Made by a program: the position numbers and the translations under genes. Positions 29,312-38,732 of a stretch of 64,000 nucleotides of DNA are shown here, piece after piece. The stretch comes from an uncultured Armatimonadia bacterium (GTDB lineage: Bacteria; Armatimonadota; Zipacnadia; CAVVLO01). The DNA lies in the NCBI GenBank assembly GCA_963749155.1, contig CAVVLO010000005.1, positions 320,001 through 384,000 of the forward strand, read 5' to 3'. Each line of letters opens with the position of its first letter. The first letter of the stretch is position 1. The notes below the pieces were generated by a model, which was not told the origin of the DNA, did not search any database, and worked only from the letters and a program-made list of their open reading frames with translations.

Positions 29312-30838
29312 ATGCAACCGCTGCTGTTGAACCTCGATTTGGGCACTACCAACTGTAAAGCTGTCGTTTTCACCGCTGAAGGCGTCCAGGTTACCGCCAT
29401 CAGCCGAGAACACCCAACTTATCATCCCCGGCCCGACTGGGCCGAGCAGGACCCCGCCGAATGGTGGAAGGCCGCTCTTGCGGTTATTACCGAAGCCGTC
29501 AGCCGCACCCAGGAGCAAGGGCGTCTCGTCGCAATGACGGTTACCAGCCAGCGAGAGGGCATTGTGCCGGTTGGCCCCGGCTGTGAACCACTTTCTCACT
29601 GTATTATCTGGATGGACAAGCGCACTGGCCCCCAGGCAGAGGAGCTCGAAAGGCGGCTTGGCCGCGAACGAGTCCATCTGCTGACCGGACTCCGCATAGA
29701 TCCAGCTTTCTCGGCGGCCAAGATCCTCTGGATAGCGCGCAATCAGCCCGAGGCCTTCGCGGCAGCCGAGAAGTTTCTCCAGCCAGGAGATTTCCTTCTG
29801 GCCAAACTGTCGGGCAAGTATGTGACCGATCAGTCTATCTCCAGTCGCACGATGCTGATGAACGTGCGCGAACGCAAATGGGAGCCCGAGCTGCTCGAGG
29901 CAGTGGGCCTCACAGCCAGCAGGATGCCCGACCTGGTCGCGCCAGGCACTCCAATTGGCCCAGTGCTGGCCGTAATAGCCCAGGTTACCGGCTTGCCATC
30001 AGACTGCCTGGTATGCGCGGGCGCTGGCGACCAGCAGGCAGGGGCGCTCGGAGCGGGCGCAATCAGTCAGGACATCGTTGCGTGCAGCATAGGCACGGCT
30101 TCCGTAATCGCGGTGACCACCCCTCAGCCAATTCTGGACGACTCGCAAACAATGATCTGTGGTTGCTCGGCCATCCCTGGCAAGTGGCTACTAGAGCCAG
30201 CGCTCTGGACTACAGGGTCAGTACTGCGCTGGTTCCGGGACGAACTGGCCTGCCCCGAGGTCGCCGAAGCCAGGTTGAGAGGCGTCGATCCCTACGAGGT
30301 CATCACCGAGCTGGCAGCCTCGGTACCGCCAGGGGCGGAGGGAGTAAAAGTTATCCCTCACTTTATGGGAGCAGGCTCACCCCACTGGGTGCCCGAGGCG
30401 CGCGGGGTAGTTTTTGGCCTGTCGCTCGGGCATACCCGGGCTCATCTGGCCAGGGCGATAATGGAAGGGGTAGCCTTTGAACTGGTCGCCAACCTCGAAC
30501 TTGCCCGCAAGCTTGGCATAAGGACGCGCGAGGTAAGGATGCTCGGAGGCGGCGCCTACAGCCCCTTGTGGAGGCAGATCCTCGCCTCGGCCGCTGGACT
30601 TCCGGTGGCGCTGCCAGGCACGGCGGAGGCGGTTTCCCTTGGGGGGGCTATCCTCGGCGCTACGGCGGCAGGGCTTTACGGCGCGGTCGAAGAAGCCGCG
30701 GCCGCGATGGGTAAGGTGCAGGAGACGACCCAGCCCGATCCGGCCCAGCAAGCTGTCTACAAGCGTGAATTTGCAGTTTATATGGACCTGATGAGGACGC
30801 TTACACCGGCTTTCATCAAGGCTTTCCGCAACCAATAG
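29312..30838 (+). CDS. FGGY-family carbohydrate kinase (xylulokinase-like)
   Basis: DLGTTNCK, WAEQDP, GAGDQQA, SIGT, RAIMEGV, GGGA.S.LW.QI. Confidence 0.9.
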   Translation: MQPLLLNLDLGTTNCKAVVFTAEGVQVTAISREHPTYHPRPDWAEQDPAEWWKAALAVITEAVSRTQEQGRLVAMTVTSQREGIVPVGPGCEPLSHCIIWMDKRTGPQAEELERRLGRERVHLLTGLRIDPAFSAAKILWIARNQPEAFAAAEKFLQPGDFLLAKLSGKYVTDQSISSRTMLMNVRERKWEPELLEAVGLTASRMPDLVAPGTPIGPVLAVIAQVTGLPSDCLVCAGAGDQQAGALGAGAISQDIVACSIGTASVIAVTTPQPILDDSQTMICGCSAIPGKWLLEPALWTTGSVLRWFRDELACPEVAEARLRGVDPYEVITELAASVPPGAEGVKVIPHFMGAGSPHWVPEARGVVFGLSLGHTRAHLARAIMEGVAFELVANLELARKLGIRTREVRMLGGGAYSPLWRQILASAAGLPVALPGTAEAVSLGGAILGATAAGLYGAVEEAAAAMGKVQETTQPDPAQQAVYKREFAVYMDLMRTLTPAFIKAFRNQ

Positions 30839-30852
30839 GAGAGTTGATAGTA

Positions 30853-31923
30853 ATGGCAGACAAGATGAGAGCAGTAGTGCTGTATGGGCCAGGAGATATC
30901 AGAGTCGAAGGCTGGGATATGCCCAGTCCAACCGCCAGCGAAGTGCTGATAAGGGTCGTCGCCTGCGGAGTTTGTGGCTCTGACCTGCCTCGTGTTAACG
31001 CTCTGGGCGCCTACTATCACCCCATCGTGCCTGGGCATGAATTTCCCGGAGAAGTCGTGGCGCTGGGCGAAGGTGTCGAAGGGCTTGCCCAGGGCGACCG
31101 CGTAACGGTGATGCCCCTCGAGCCCTGTATGCAGTGTGCCTTCTGTCAGATTGGCGAATACACGATGTGCGAAAACTATGGGTATTATGGCTCCCGGCGA
31201 GATGGCGCCTTCGCGCAATTTATCGCTGTAAAGGCCTGGAACTGCGTCAAGTTGCCTGACAACGTCAGCTTTGAGGCGGGCGCGACGGTTGATCCGGCGG
31301 CGGTGGCCTTGCACGCTATCAGGCGCGGCCAGCTTGATTTTGGCGCCAGCGCGACCGTATTTGGCGCGGGGCCGATTGGGCTGTTTGCGGCTGAGCTGCT
31401 CAAACTGCGCGGTTGTGGCACCCTGTGCGTTGTGGATATGTTCGATGAGAAGTTCGAACTGCTGCGCTCGCTCAAGCTGCCTGGCAAGGTAGTCGAGGTG
31501 GACAGCCGCAAGGGCGATGCCATCGAAGCTATTTTTGAGGCGACTGGCGGCAAGGGCAGTGATTTCGTGATTGACACGGCAGGCTCGCCTGTTACCCAGG
31601 CCCTGGCAATCGACGCAGCGGCCAGGCTGGGGCATATCGTTTATGTCGGTAGCGCCAACGGCGATGTTGATGTGACGAAGGCGCGGTTCGAGAAGATACT
31701 CAGGCGCCAGCTCAGCCTGTATGGGTCGTGGAACTCGTCCATAAAGCCCTTCCCTGTGAACGAGTGGGAAACAATCCTCGCTTATATGGCCAGCGGCCAG
31801 CTTAAGGCCGAACCACTTGTCTCGCACCGGATCAGCCTGGACGAGGCGCCCGGCGCGCTCAAATGGATGTACGCGCGAGACAGATTCTTCAGCAAAGTTA
31901 TAATCGAACCCTGGCAGAACTGA
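30853..31923 (+). CDS. Zn-dependent sugar-alcohol dehydrogenase (galactitol-1-P 5-dehydrogenase-like)
   Basis: CGVCGSD, GHEF, C..C..C...C cluster, GAGPIG, GSWNS. Confidence 0.88.
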   Translation: MADKMRAVVLYGPGDIRVEGWDMPSPTASEVLIRVVACGVCGSDLPRVNALGAYYHPIVPGHEFPGEVVALGEGVEGLAQGDRVTVMPLEPCMQCAFCQIGEYTMCENYGYYGSRRDGAFAQFIAVKAWNCVKLPDNVSFEAGATVDPAAVALHAIRRGQLDFGASATVFGAGPIGLFAAELLKLRGCGTLCVVDMFDEKFELLRSLKLPGKVVEVDSRKGDAIEAIFEATGGKGSDFVIDTAGSPVTQALAIDAAARLGHIVYVGSANGDVDVTKARFEKILRRQLSLYGSWNSSIKPFPVNEWETILAYMASGQLKAEPLVSHRISLDEAPGALKWMYARDRFFSKVIIEPWQN

Positions 31924-31946
31924 CCAGACTGACGCTGCAGTAATAC

Positions 31947-31985
31947 ACGGCCGGGACGCCCTAAAGCGCACCGGCCGTAGTTTTT
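31947..31985 (+). terminator. Possible terminator hairpin
   Basis: ACGGCCGG...CCGGCCGT followed by AGTTTTT. Confidence 0.55.
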
Positions 31986-32098
31986 GGTCCAGAAATCGCA
32001 CCGGATGAGGAAATAAAGCAGGAGAGCGGCAGGAAGGATAGAAATCAGGCGAGAACACAGGGGATAGCCCCAGCCGATGTCAATATACCTCACGGGAG

Positions 32099-33268
32099 GT
32101 GCCCAGTTTGAGCAAACAGATCGGAGTGGCCCTGGTAGGCTACAAGTTTATGGGCAAGGCCCATTCAAACGCCTATCACAGCCTCAAGATGTTCTTCCCC
32201 GAAGTGGAAGCCGAGCCAGTGATGAAGCTGCTGATTGGCCGCAACAAGGAATGGGTAACGGAGGCCGCTGCCCAGTTCGGCTGGCAGGGGGTCGAAACCG
32301 ACTACGCGACCGCCCTCAAGCGCGACGACATCCAGCTAGTGGACATTACCTCGCCCTCGAACGCCCACTCCTGGATGAGCATTGCGGCGGCCGAAGCGGG
32401 CAAATCAGTCTACTGTGAAAAACCGATGGCGCTCAGTCTGAAGGATGGGCGCGCTATGCTGAAGGCCTGCGAAGCTAATGGCGTGAAGCATATGATCAAC
32501 TTCAACTATCGCACCGTACCCGCCATCGCCCTGGCCAAACAGCTGATTGAAGAGGGCGCCCTGGGGGAGATCTTCCACTGGCGTTCTCAGTATCTGCAGG
32601 ACTGGATTGTAGATCCCGAGTTCCCGCTGGTATGGCGCCTGGACAAAGAAGTCGCTGGTTCCGGCGCGCTTGGCGACCTGGGCGCGCACAGCATCGACCT
32701 GGCCAGGTGGCTCGTGGGCGAAATAAAGCAGGTCGTCGGACTTGACCGCACCTTCATCAAGCAGCGTCCGATAGCCGAACGGATGACCGGACTGACCGCC
32801 CAGAAGTCCGACCAGATGGGCGATGTGACCGTGGATGATGCGACCATCTTCCTGGCCGACTTCGAAAATGGCGCCGTGGGGACTTTCGAGGCCACGCGCT
32901 TTGCTCCAGGCCACAAGAACTACAACTTCTTCGAGATCAACGGTTCTGAAGGGAGCCTGGTATTCAACCTCGAACGGTTGAACGAGTTGATGTATTACAG
33001 CCGGAAGGACAAAGAAGGACTCCACGGTTTCCGTCTCATCCAGACGACCGAAGCGTCCCATCCTTATGTCTCGGCCTGGTGGCCTCCGGGTCACATTATT
33101 GGTTGGGAGCATACCTTCGTTCATCAGGTCTACAATCTGATGAATGCGATGGCGCGGGACGAGATGCCCTCGCCCAACTTCTACGACGGAGTCGCGTGCC
33201 AGCAGGTGCTCGAAGCTGTCGAAACAAGCTGCCATGAGAAGCAGTGGATTGCTGTGGACCAACTCTAA
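32099..33268 (+). CDS. Gfo/Idh/MocA oxidoreductase
   Basis: GYKFMGKAHS, CEKP, YLQDW, GALGDLGAH, WWPPGHIIGWEHTF. Confidence 0.92.
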   Translation: MPSLSKQIGVALVGYKFMGKAHSNAYHSLKMFFPEVEAEPVMKLLIGRNKEWVTEAAAQFGWQGVETDYATALKRDDIQLVDITSPSNAHSWMSIAAAEAGKSVYCEKPMALSLKDGRAMLKACEANGVKHMINFNYRTVPAIALAKQLIEEGALGEIFHWRSQYLQDWIVDPEFPLVWRLDKEVAGSGALGDLGAHSIDLARWLVGEIKQVVGLDRTFIKQRPIAERMTGLTAQKSDQMGDVTVDDATIFLADFENGAVGTFEATRFAPGHKNYNFFEINGSEGSLVFNLERLNELMYYSRKDKEGLHGFRLIQTTEASHPYVSAWWPPGHIIGWEHTFVHQVYNLMNAMARDEMPSPNFYDGVACQQVLEAVETSCHEKQWIAVDQL

Positions 33269-33283
33269 GGAGGGACGAATCCA

Positions 33284-34249
33284 ATGAAGATTGGCGTACT
33301 GACTGCTTTGCTGAGTGACCTGCCCCTTGAGAAAGCTCTGGACTATGTGAAAGAGGCCGGCGCGGAAGCCGTAGAGCTTGGCTCGGGCGCTTACCCAGGC
33401 AACGCCCACTGCGATCCGGTGGCCTTGCTTGCCAGCCCCGCGAAACTGAAGGCTTTTACAAAAGCTATCGAGAGTCGCGGCCTGACGCTGTCGGCACTGT
33501 CATGCCATGGCAATGCGCTGCATCCAAACAAGGCACTGGCCAAGGAGCATCACGAGGCCTGGCAGAACACCGTGCTGCTGGCCGAGAAGATCGGCCTGGA
33601 CACAGTTATTACCTTCTCCGGTTGTCCTGGCGACTCGGACAAGTCCACTGCCCCCAACTGGGTAGTTGCCCCCTGGCCTGAAGACCACGCCAACGTGCTG
33701 GAATGGCAGTGGAAGAAGAAGGTCATCCCCTATTGGAAGAAAGAGGTCAAGTTCGCCAAGGAGCATGGGGTGACCAAGATTGCCCTCGAGATGCACCCCA
33801 ACTTCGTGGTGTACAACCCCGAGACGCTGCTGAAGCTGCGCGCGGCCGCAGGCGATGCGATTGGCGCCAACTTCGACCCTAGCCATCTCTTCTGGCAGGG
33901 CATCGACCCGGCCTATGCCATACGCAAGCTGGGCGAGTGCCTGTGGCATTTCCACGCCAAGGACGCCAAGGTAGATCCTTACAACTGCATGCTCAATGGC
34001 GTGCTGGACACCAAGAGCTATACCGACGAGATTAACCGCGGCTGGATTTTCCGCACTGTGGGTTACGGGCACGGGGCCGAGGTCTGGAAGCATATGATCA
34101 GCCAGCTCAGGCTCGTGGGCTACGATGGAGTGCTTTCAATCGAGCACGAGGACAGCCTGATGTCTCCGCAGGAAGGCCTGGCGAAAGCCATCGCTTTCCT
34201 CAAGGAAGCCGTAATAGCCGAACCTCCAGGCGAGGCCTACTGGGCTTAG
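33284..34249 (+). CDS. Sugar phosphate isomerase/epimerase (xylose-isomerase-like TIM barrel)
   Basis: ALEMHP, NFDPSH, HFHAKD, SIEHED metal ligands. Confidence 0.9.
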   Translation: MKIGVLTALLSDLPLEKALDYVKEAGAEAVELGSGAYPGNAHCDPVALLASPAKLKAFTKAIESRGLTLSALSCHGNALHPNKALAKEHHEAWQNTVLLAEKIGLDTVITFSGCPGDSDKSTAPNWVVAPWPEDHANVLEWQWKKKVIPYWKKEVKFAKEHGVTKIALEMHPNFVVYNPETLLKLRAAAGDAIGANFDPSHLFWQGIDPAYAIRKLGECLWHFHAKDAKVDPYNCMLNGVLDTKSYTDEINRGWIFRTVGYGHGAEVWKHMISQLRLVGYDGVLSIEHEDSLMSPQEGLAKAIAFLKEAVIAEPPGEAYWA

Positions 34250-34273
34250 TCCAGAAGCCGGCCAGCAAACTAG

Positions 34274-34307
34274 CGCAGCGGCCGGGTGACCGGTCGCTGC
34301 GTTTTCT
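34274..34307 (+). terminator. Terminator-like hairpin
   Basis: CGCAGCGGCCGG-GTGA-CCGGTCGCTGCG followed by TTTTCT. Confidence 0.65.
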
Positions 34308-34328
34308 AGCTCGAAGGGGTGCCGCCTG

Positions 34329-35270
34329 GTGAAGGGTATTGGGCGTCTGATAGGAAAATCTGGTCCACTGATTGGCCTGGTTGGGCTGTGCGCGCTGATT
34401 GCGGGGCTGGATTACTTCCTCAATGACCAACCGAGTTTCCTCTCGGCGGCCAACTGGAAGAACGTGCTGCAGCAGGTAGCGGTCGTTGCCATCCTCGCAG
34501 TGGGCAGCACCTTTGTGATTCTGACAGCGGGTATCGACCTCTCGGTCGGCTCGGTGCTGGCGCTTGCCGGCGCAGTCGGCGCTCACTTTATCGCCCAGGG
34601 CGATGTGGCGGTTGGGGTGCTCGTGTCGCTAGGCCTGGGTACTCTGCTTGGGCTTGGGATGGGCAGCCTGGTGGCTCATTTCCAGCTCCCTCCCTTTGTT
34701 GTGACCCTTGGGATGTATGCCATTGCCCGCAGCCTGGTGCTGGTCTATACCACGGGGAAGGCCATCTCGGATTTCCCGGAAAGCTTTCAGTCGCTTGCAA
34801 CCTGGGCGCCAGTGCTGCTGGTGGTGCTTTATGCGCTGGCTTTCGTGACCTTGAAGTGGTTGCCTTTTGGCCGTTATGTTTATGCGGTGGGGGCCAATGA
34901 GGTAGCGGCCAGGCTTTCAGGGGTTGCGGTCAGCAAAATAAAACTCGCGGTCTATGGGCTTAGTGGCTTCTGCGCGGGCCTTGGCGGCCTGGTTTGGGCC
35001 TCCAGGCTCAACTCGATTGACTCTCGGGCTGGGCAGGGGCTGGAACTCGACGCCATCGCAGCGGTGGTCATCGGGGGCACCAGCCTGATGGGCGGGCGCG
35101 GCAGCGTGCTTGCGACAGCTTGCGGCGCGCTCATCCTCGTCGTGCTGCAGAACGGTATGAATTTGCTCCAAATCAATCCCTTCTGGCAGCAGGCGGCCGC
35201 GGGTGCTATGATTGTGCTGGCCGTGCTGGCAGATAGACTGCGCGTGCGAGCCGAAAGCCGTTCTGCTTAG
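34329..35270 (+). CDS. Sugar ABC transporter permease (RbsC-like)
   Basis: GIDLSVGS, PPFVVTLG, GRYVYAVG.N..AARLSG, ELDAIAAVVIGGTSL.GG.G. Confidence 0.92.
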   Translation: MKGIGRLIGKSGPLIGLVGLCALIAGLDYFLNDQPSFLSAANWKNVLQQVAVVAILAVGSTFVILTAGIDLSVGSVLALAGAVGAHFIAQGDVAVGVLVSLGLGTLLGLGMGSLVAHFQLPPFVVTLGMYAIARSLVLVYTTGKAISDFPESFQSLATWAPVLLVVLYALAFVTLKWLPFGRYVYAVGANEVAARLSGVAVSKIKLAVYGLSGFCAGLGGLVWASRLNSIDSRAGQGLELDAIAAVVIGGTSLMGGRGSVLATACGALILVVLQNGMNLLQINPFWQQAAAGAMIVLAVLADRLRVRAESRSA

Positions 35271-35280
35271 GTGGTAGCTT

Positions 35281-36414
35281 ATGAAACTCGTTGGGCTTGG
35301 TATCCTGCTCGCGATCGCGGCGGCGGGAGCTTTCTTCCTGGGACTTGTTATGGCCCCTATCGCGATACTGGCGGGGCTTGCGGGACTTGGACTGGCTGGA
35401 TTCGGACTCTTTTGGACGGTGACTGCCGCTATGACGAAACTCCTTTTCAAACTGGCCATCGTGGCCATCCTGGTAGTAGTACTGCTCTCACTCATCGGCG
35501 CGCTTTCGGGCTGCGCGAAGACTGAAGAACCTGTTGCCGTGGCGCCGCCTGCCGGCGTGAGCGCTCCGCCCGAGGCAACGGGCGAGTTGATTGTCTATTC
35601 CGCCCCTGACCTCAACAACACCTACTGGCTGCGGGTCAGCGCAGGGGTGGAAGAAGGCGCAAAACTGGCTGGCTACAAATTGCAGACTCTCGATGCCCAG
35701 GGCAAGGCCGACAAGCAGCTTTCGGACATCCAGAACATCCTGCAGAAGAAGCCCAAGGCGCTTTTGATTTCACCTTATGAGAGCGACCCCATCGTGCCAG
35801 CGGTAAAGCAGGCTAACGAGGCCGGCGTGCCTGTCATCATCGTGGATATCGGCATCAGCGGGGGAGAGTACGCAGCGCTCATCATCTCTGACAACTTCGC
35901 GGGCGGCAAGCTTGCGGGCGAGTGGATGGCCAAGGAGCTTGGCAAAGGCGCGAAGGTCGCGCATATCCAGTGCCAACTCGGCGCCGAGAACGCCCAAAAG
36001 CGCGGCAAGGGCTTCGAGGAGGCCGCCAAGGCGGCCGGGCTGCAGGTAGTGGCCAAGCAGCCTGCCGACAGCGACCGCTCCAAAGCGTTGACCGTGATGC
36101 AGAATATGCTGCAGGCCCACAAGGACATCAAGGGCGTCTTCTGCCAGAACGACGAGATGGCCCTGGGCGCTCTGCGCGCTTGCGAGACCGCTGGGCGGGA
36201 CGACGTGCTGATTTGCGGCTTCGATGGCAATAACGAAGCCCTCGAGGCCATAAAGGCGGGGAAGGTCGGCGCCACTATCGCCCAGCAGCCCGAGGAGATG
36301 GGCAAGAGCGCCGTCGACTTCGTGAAGCAGCTCGGTACGCTTGAGCCAGGCAAAGAAGTCGATGTCCCAGTAGTACTGGTCACCAAAACCAACCTGGCGG
36401 ACTTCCTGAAGTAA
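35281..36414 (+). CDS. Sugar ABC transporter substrate-binding lipoprotein (RbsB-like) with an extended hydrophobic N-terminus
   Basis: LSGC lipobox at about aa 78; SDNFAGG, NDEMALGA, GFDG, TIAQQP. Confidence 0.88.
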   Translation: MKLVGLGILLAIAAAGAFFLGLVMAPIAILAGLAGLGLAGFGLFWTVTAAMTKLLFKLAIVAILVVVLLSLIGALSGCAKTEEPVAVAPPAGVSAPPEATGELIVYSAPDLNNTYWLRVSAGVEEGAKLAGYKLQTLDAQGKADKQLSDIQNILQKKPKALLISPYESDPIVPAVKQANEAGVPVIIVDIGISGGEYAALIISDNFAGGKLAGEWMAKELGKGAKVAHIQCQLGAENAQKRGKGFEEAAKAAGLQVVAKQPADSDRSKALTVMQNMLQAHKDIKGVFCQNDEMALGALRACETAGRDDVLICGFDGNNEALEAIKAGKVGATIAQQPEEMGKSAVDFVKQLGTLEPGKEVDVPVVLVTKTNLADFLK

Positions 36415-36440
36415 TTATCCAGGCAAGCTGAGCTATAAAT

Positions 36441-36477
36441 AAAAAAGGGCGTCCCCTTAGGGGCGCCCTTTATGTTT
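36441..36477. terminator. Bidirectional terminator between convergent genes
   Basis: A-run, AAAGGGCGTCCC/GGGGCGCCCTTT stem, T-rich tail. Confidence 0.8.
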
Positions 36478-36487
36478 GGCAGCAGGA

Positions 36488-38668
36488 TTAAGCCTGGTCG
36501 GCGACTGGCAAGTAGAGATGGAAGGTGCTGCCTGCTCCTGGAATGCTTGCAACTTCGATCCGCCCGCCAAGTTCGTCCAGCGTGGACTTCACAATATAGA
36601 GGCCTAGTCCAGTGCCTCCATTGTTTGCGCGGGTGGTAAAGAACAACTCGAAAAGGCGCTCCAGAGTATCGCTGTCCATCCCGCAGCCGGTATCGGTGAA
36701 AACGATTTCTATCTCGTTATTTTTTCGAGAGGTAGTGATGGTCAGACTGCCGCCCGGCTGGGTTGCAGAGGCGGCGTTGAGAAGCAGATTCAAGATGATC
36801 TGTTCAAGCGAGCCAGGCCAGGCGTTGACCCTCGGCAGGTCACTTGCCAGATTCACCTCGATTTCGAGATGAGCCGTGATGGCCGTCGAAATTGCAAGCA
36901 CGGTCTCAAGGGCTTCGTTGAGGTCAACTGGGCTGGTTTGAGTGGCTTCCCCGTGGTGAGCGAAAGCCATCAGTCGCTCGGCGAGCAGATTAGCCGAACA
37001 GGTGGTGTCAAGCAACCTGGCAAGGCTTGCTCTGGCCTGTTCGGGAAGGGGCTCGGTTTGCGATGCCATCTCGGCCTGACCTTTGATAGCGCCCAGATAA
37101 TTGCGGAAGTCGTGAGCGATACCGCTTGCCAGTTTGCCAACGAGTTCGAACCGGCAACGTTGCAGGCGGGTAGCTTCGCGTTTGGTTGATTCGGTGACGT
37201 CCATCACGAAACCAAGCCAGCCGGGGCCTTCGTCCTCCTCAGCGGGGAAGGCCACCACATGGGCTTCGACCAGGCGACGCTCGCCCTTCTTGTTAAGCAG
37301 GTGCAACCTGATTTGGGTACGTAGTCGCTCGCCCCGGTCCGCGCGCGCGTATTCGCGGTCGAGGAGAGGCAGATCCTCGGGAGCAACCAGTTCGGCCAGG
37401 CTGCGGTGGAACTCCAGCTCTTCGGGCGTTGCCCCCACCATCGAGGCCGCAGTTGGGTTGCAGTACACGATGGTGGCGCGCTTGCCGGCGTATTCTCTTA
37501 CCAGGAAAACTCCAATGCCTATCTTGCCAATGGCATCAACAAGCTTGCGCTGATGGATATAGGCCGCTTCAAGCTGAGATTGGGCCATCCTGAGAGGCCG
37601 CAGATCGCGCAAATCTACAAGCAACAGGGGAGTGCCAGCCAGCGAGATAGCTTTGGCGGCTAACTCGACAGGCAGGATGGAGCCATCCTTGGTGAGACAT
37701 TCCGACTCGAATCGAGCGCCCTCTGGCAGCGCGCTCAGGTCTTCGGGAGTTGGAAGCTCAGCTCTAAGGGCATCAGGCACCAGGTCCAGGGCTTGAAGCT
37801 GCAACAATTCTCTGTGGGTATAGCCAAGCAGGTCGGCGGCTGCAGAATTTGCGGCCAATATACGACCATCCATAGTCTCGACCAGAGCCGCGTCCATCGA
37901 TCCCTCGAAGATGGCTCTGAAACGATCGGCACTCTCTATGAGGGCGGATTCCTGGGTACGTAGCTCGGTAAGATCGCGGATGAGCGAAAGGCGCAGTATG
38001 CCGCCTTTGTCATCGAACACATCGCATTGAACGATATTCAAGACTCGACCAGTCTGAGGCTGGATGCACTCCCAGGTACGGGTTTCCCCTTGAATGACTT
38101 TTTCTCCCAGGCAATCAGGGCAGCCAGGCGCTGTGCCAAAAATCACCTGGTTGCAATTTTCGCCAGTGGGATCGTGGCCAACGAGATTAGCGAGGGCCGG
38201 ATTGCAATGGCGGACCACACCAGTCGTATCAGCGAGGAAAGCTGCCTCGGGAAGCATCTCCATCAGTCGATCAAAACGCGACTCGGCTAGTTCTGCCTGC
38301 CTGCGCTGGGCTTTCAGATAAGCCCAGAGGAAATAGCCAGCAAGCAGCGAGATAATCGCATTGAGGGCGACCAGCAGGACATCGCGGTCCTTGAACGCAG
38401 CCACGGAAACCGGCGAAAGCACATCGAAGAAGGTCTCCACCGCAAGCCCTGTCATCAGGCAAAGGAGGGTTGCGGGGAGTAGCAGGGCTACTGAACGCGC
38501 TTTGGCAGCCAGGTAGATACAGGCGGTGAAAGCCAGGAACTGCAAGAAGGCTGCGACCGCGGCGGCAGCGGGGACATTGATGCTCCAAAGCATGAAGACG
38601 CCACCGAGCACGACCACCAAGGCCACGCCCGCTTTCCAGTCAGCCGGTCTGTCGCTGAAACTTATCAT
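36488..38668 (-). CDS. Membrane-bound multi-PAS sensor histidine kinase
   Basis: N-terminal TM helices, three PAS-like repeats, H box GIAHDFRN, N box QIILNLLLNA, DTGCG, GTGLGL. Confidence 0.9.
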   Translation of the reverse strand: MISFSDRPADWKAGVALVVVLGGVFMLWSINVPAAAAVAAFLQFLAFTACIYLAAKARSVALLLPATLLCLMTGLAVETFFDVLSPVSVAAFKDRDVLLVALNAIISLLAGYFLWAYLKAQRRQAELAESRFDRLMEMLPEAAFLADTTGVVRHCNPALANLVGHDPTGENCNQVIFGTAPGCPDCLGEKVIQGETRTWECIQPQTGRVLNIVQCDVFDDKGGILRLSLIRDLTELRTQESALIESADRFRAIFEGSMDAALVETMDGRILAANSAAADLLGYTHRELLQLQALDLVPDALRAELPTPEDLSALPEGARFESECLTKDGSILPVELAAKAISLAGTPLLLVDLRDLRPLRMAQSQLEAAYIHQRKLVDAIGKIGIGVFLVREYAGKRATIVYCNPTAASMVGATPEELEFHRSLAELVAPEDLPLLDREYARADRGERLRTQIRLHLLNKKGERRLVEAHVVAFPAEEDEGPGWLGFVMDVTESTKREATRLQRCRFELVGKLASGIAHDFRNYLGAIKGQAEMASQTEPLPEQARASLARLLDTTCSANLLAERLMAFAHHGEATQTSPVDLNEALETVLAISTAITAHLEIEVNLASDLPRVNAWPGSLEQIILNLLLNAASATQPGGSLTITTSRKNNEIEIVFTDTGCGMDSDTLERLFELFFTTRANNGGTGLGLYIVKSTLDELGGRIEVASIPGAGSTFHLYLPVADQA

Positions 38669-38732
38669 CTGCGTGGGCCCAGATTGGGCGCGCGCTACCC
38701 TCCCATGCCGCTATCAAAGTCGCTATCGACCT

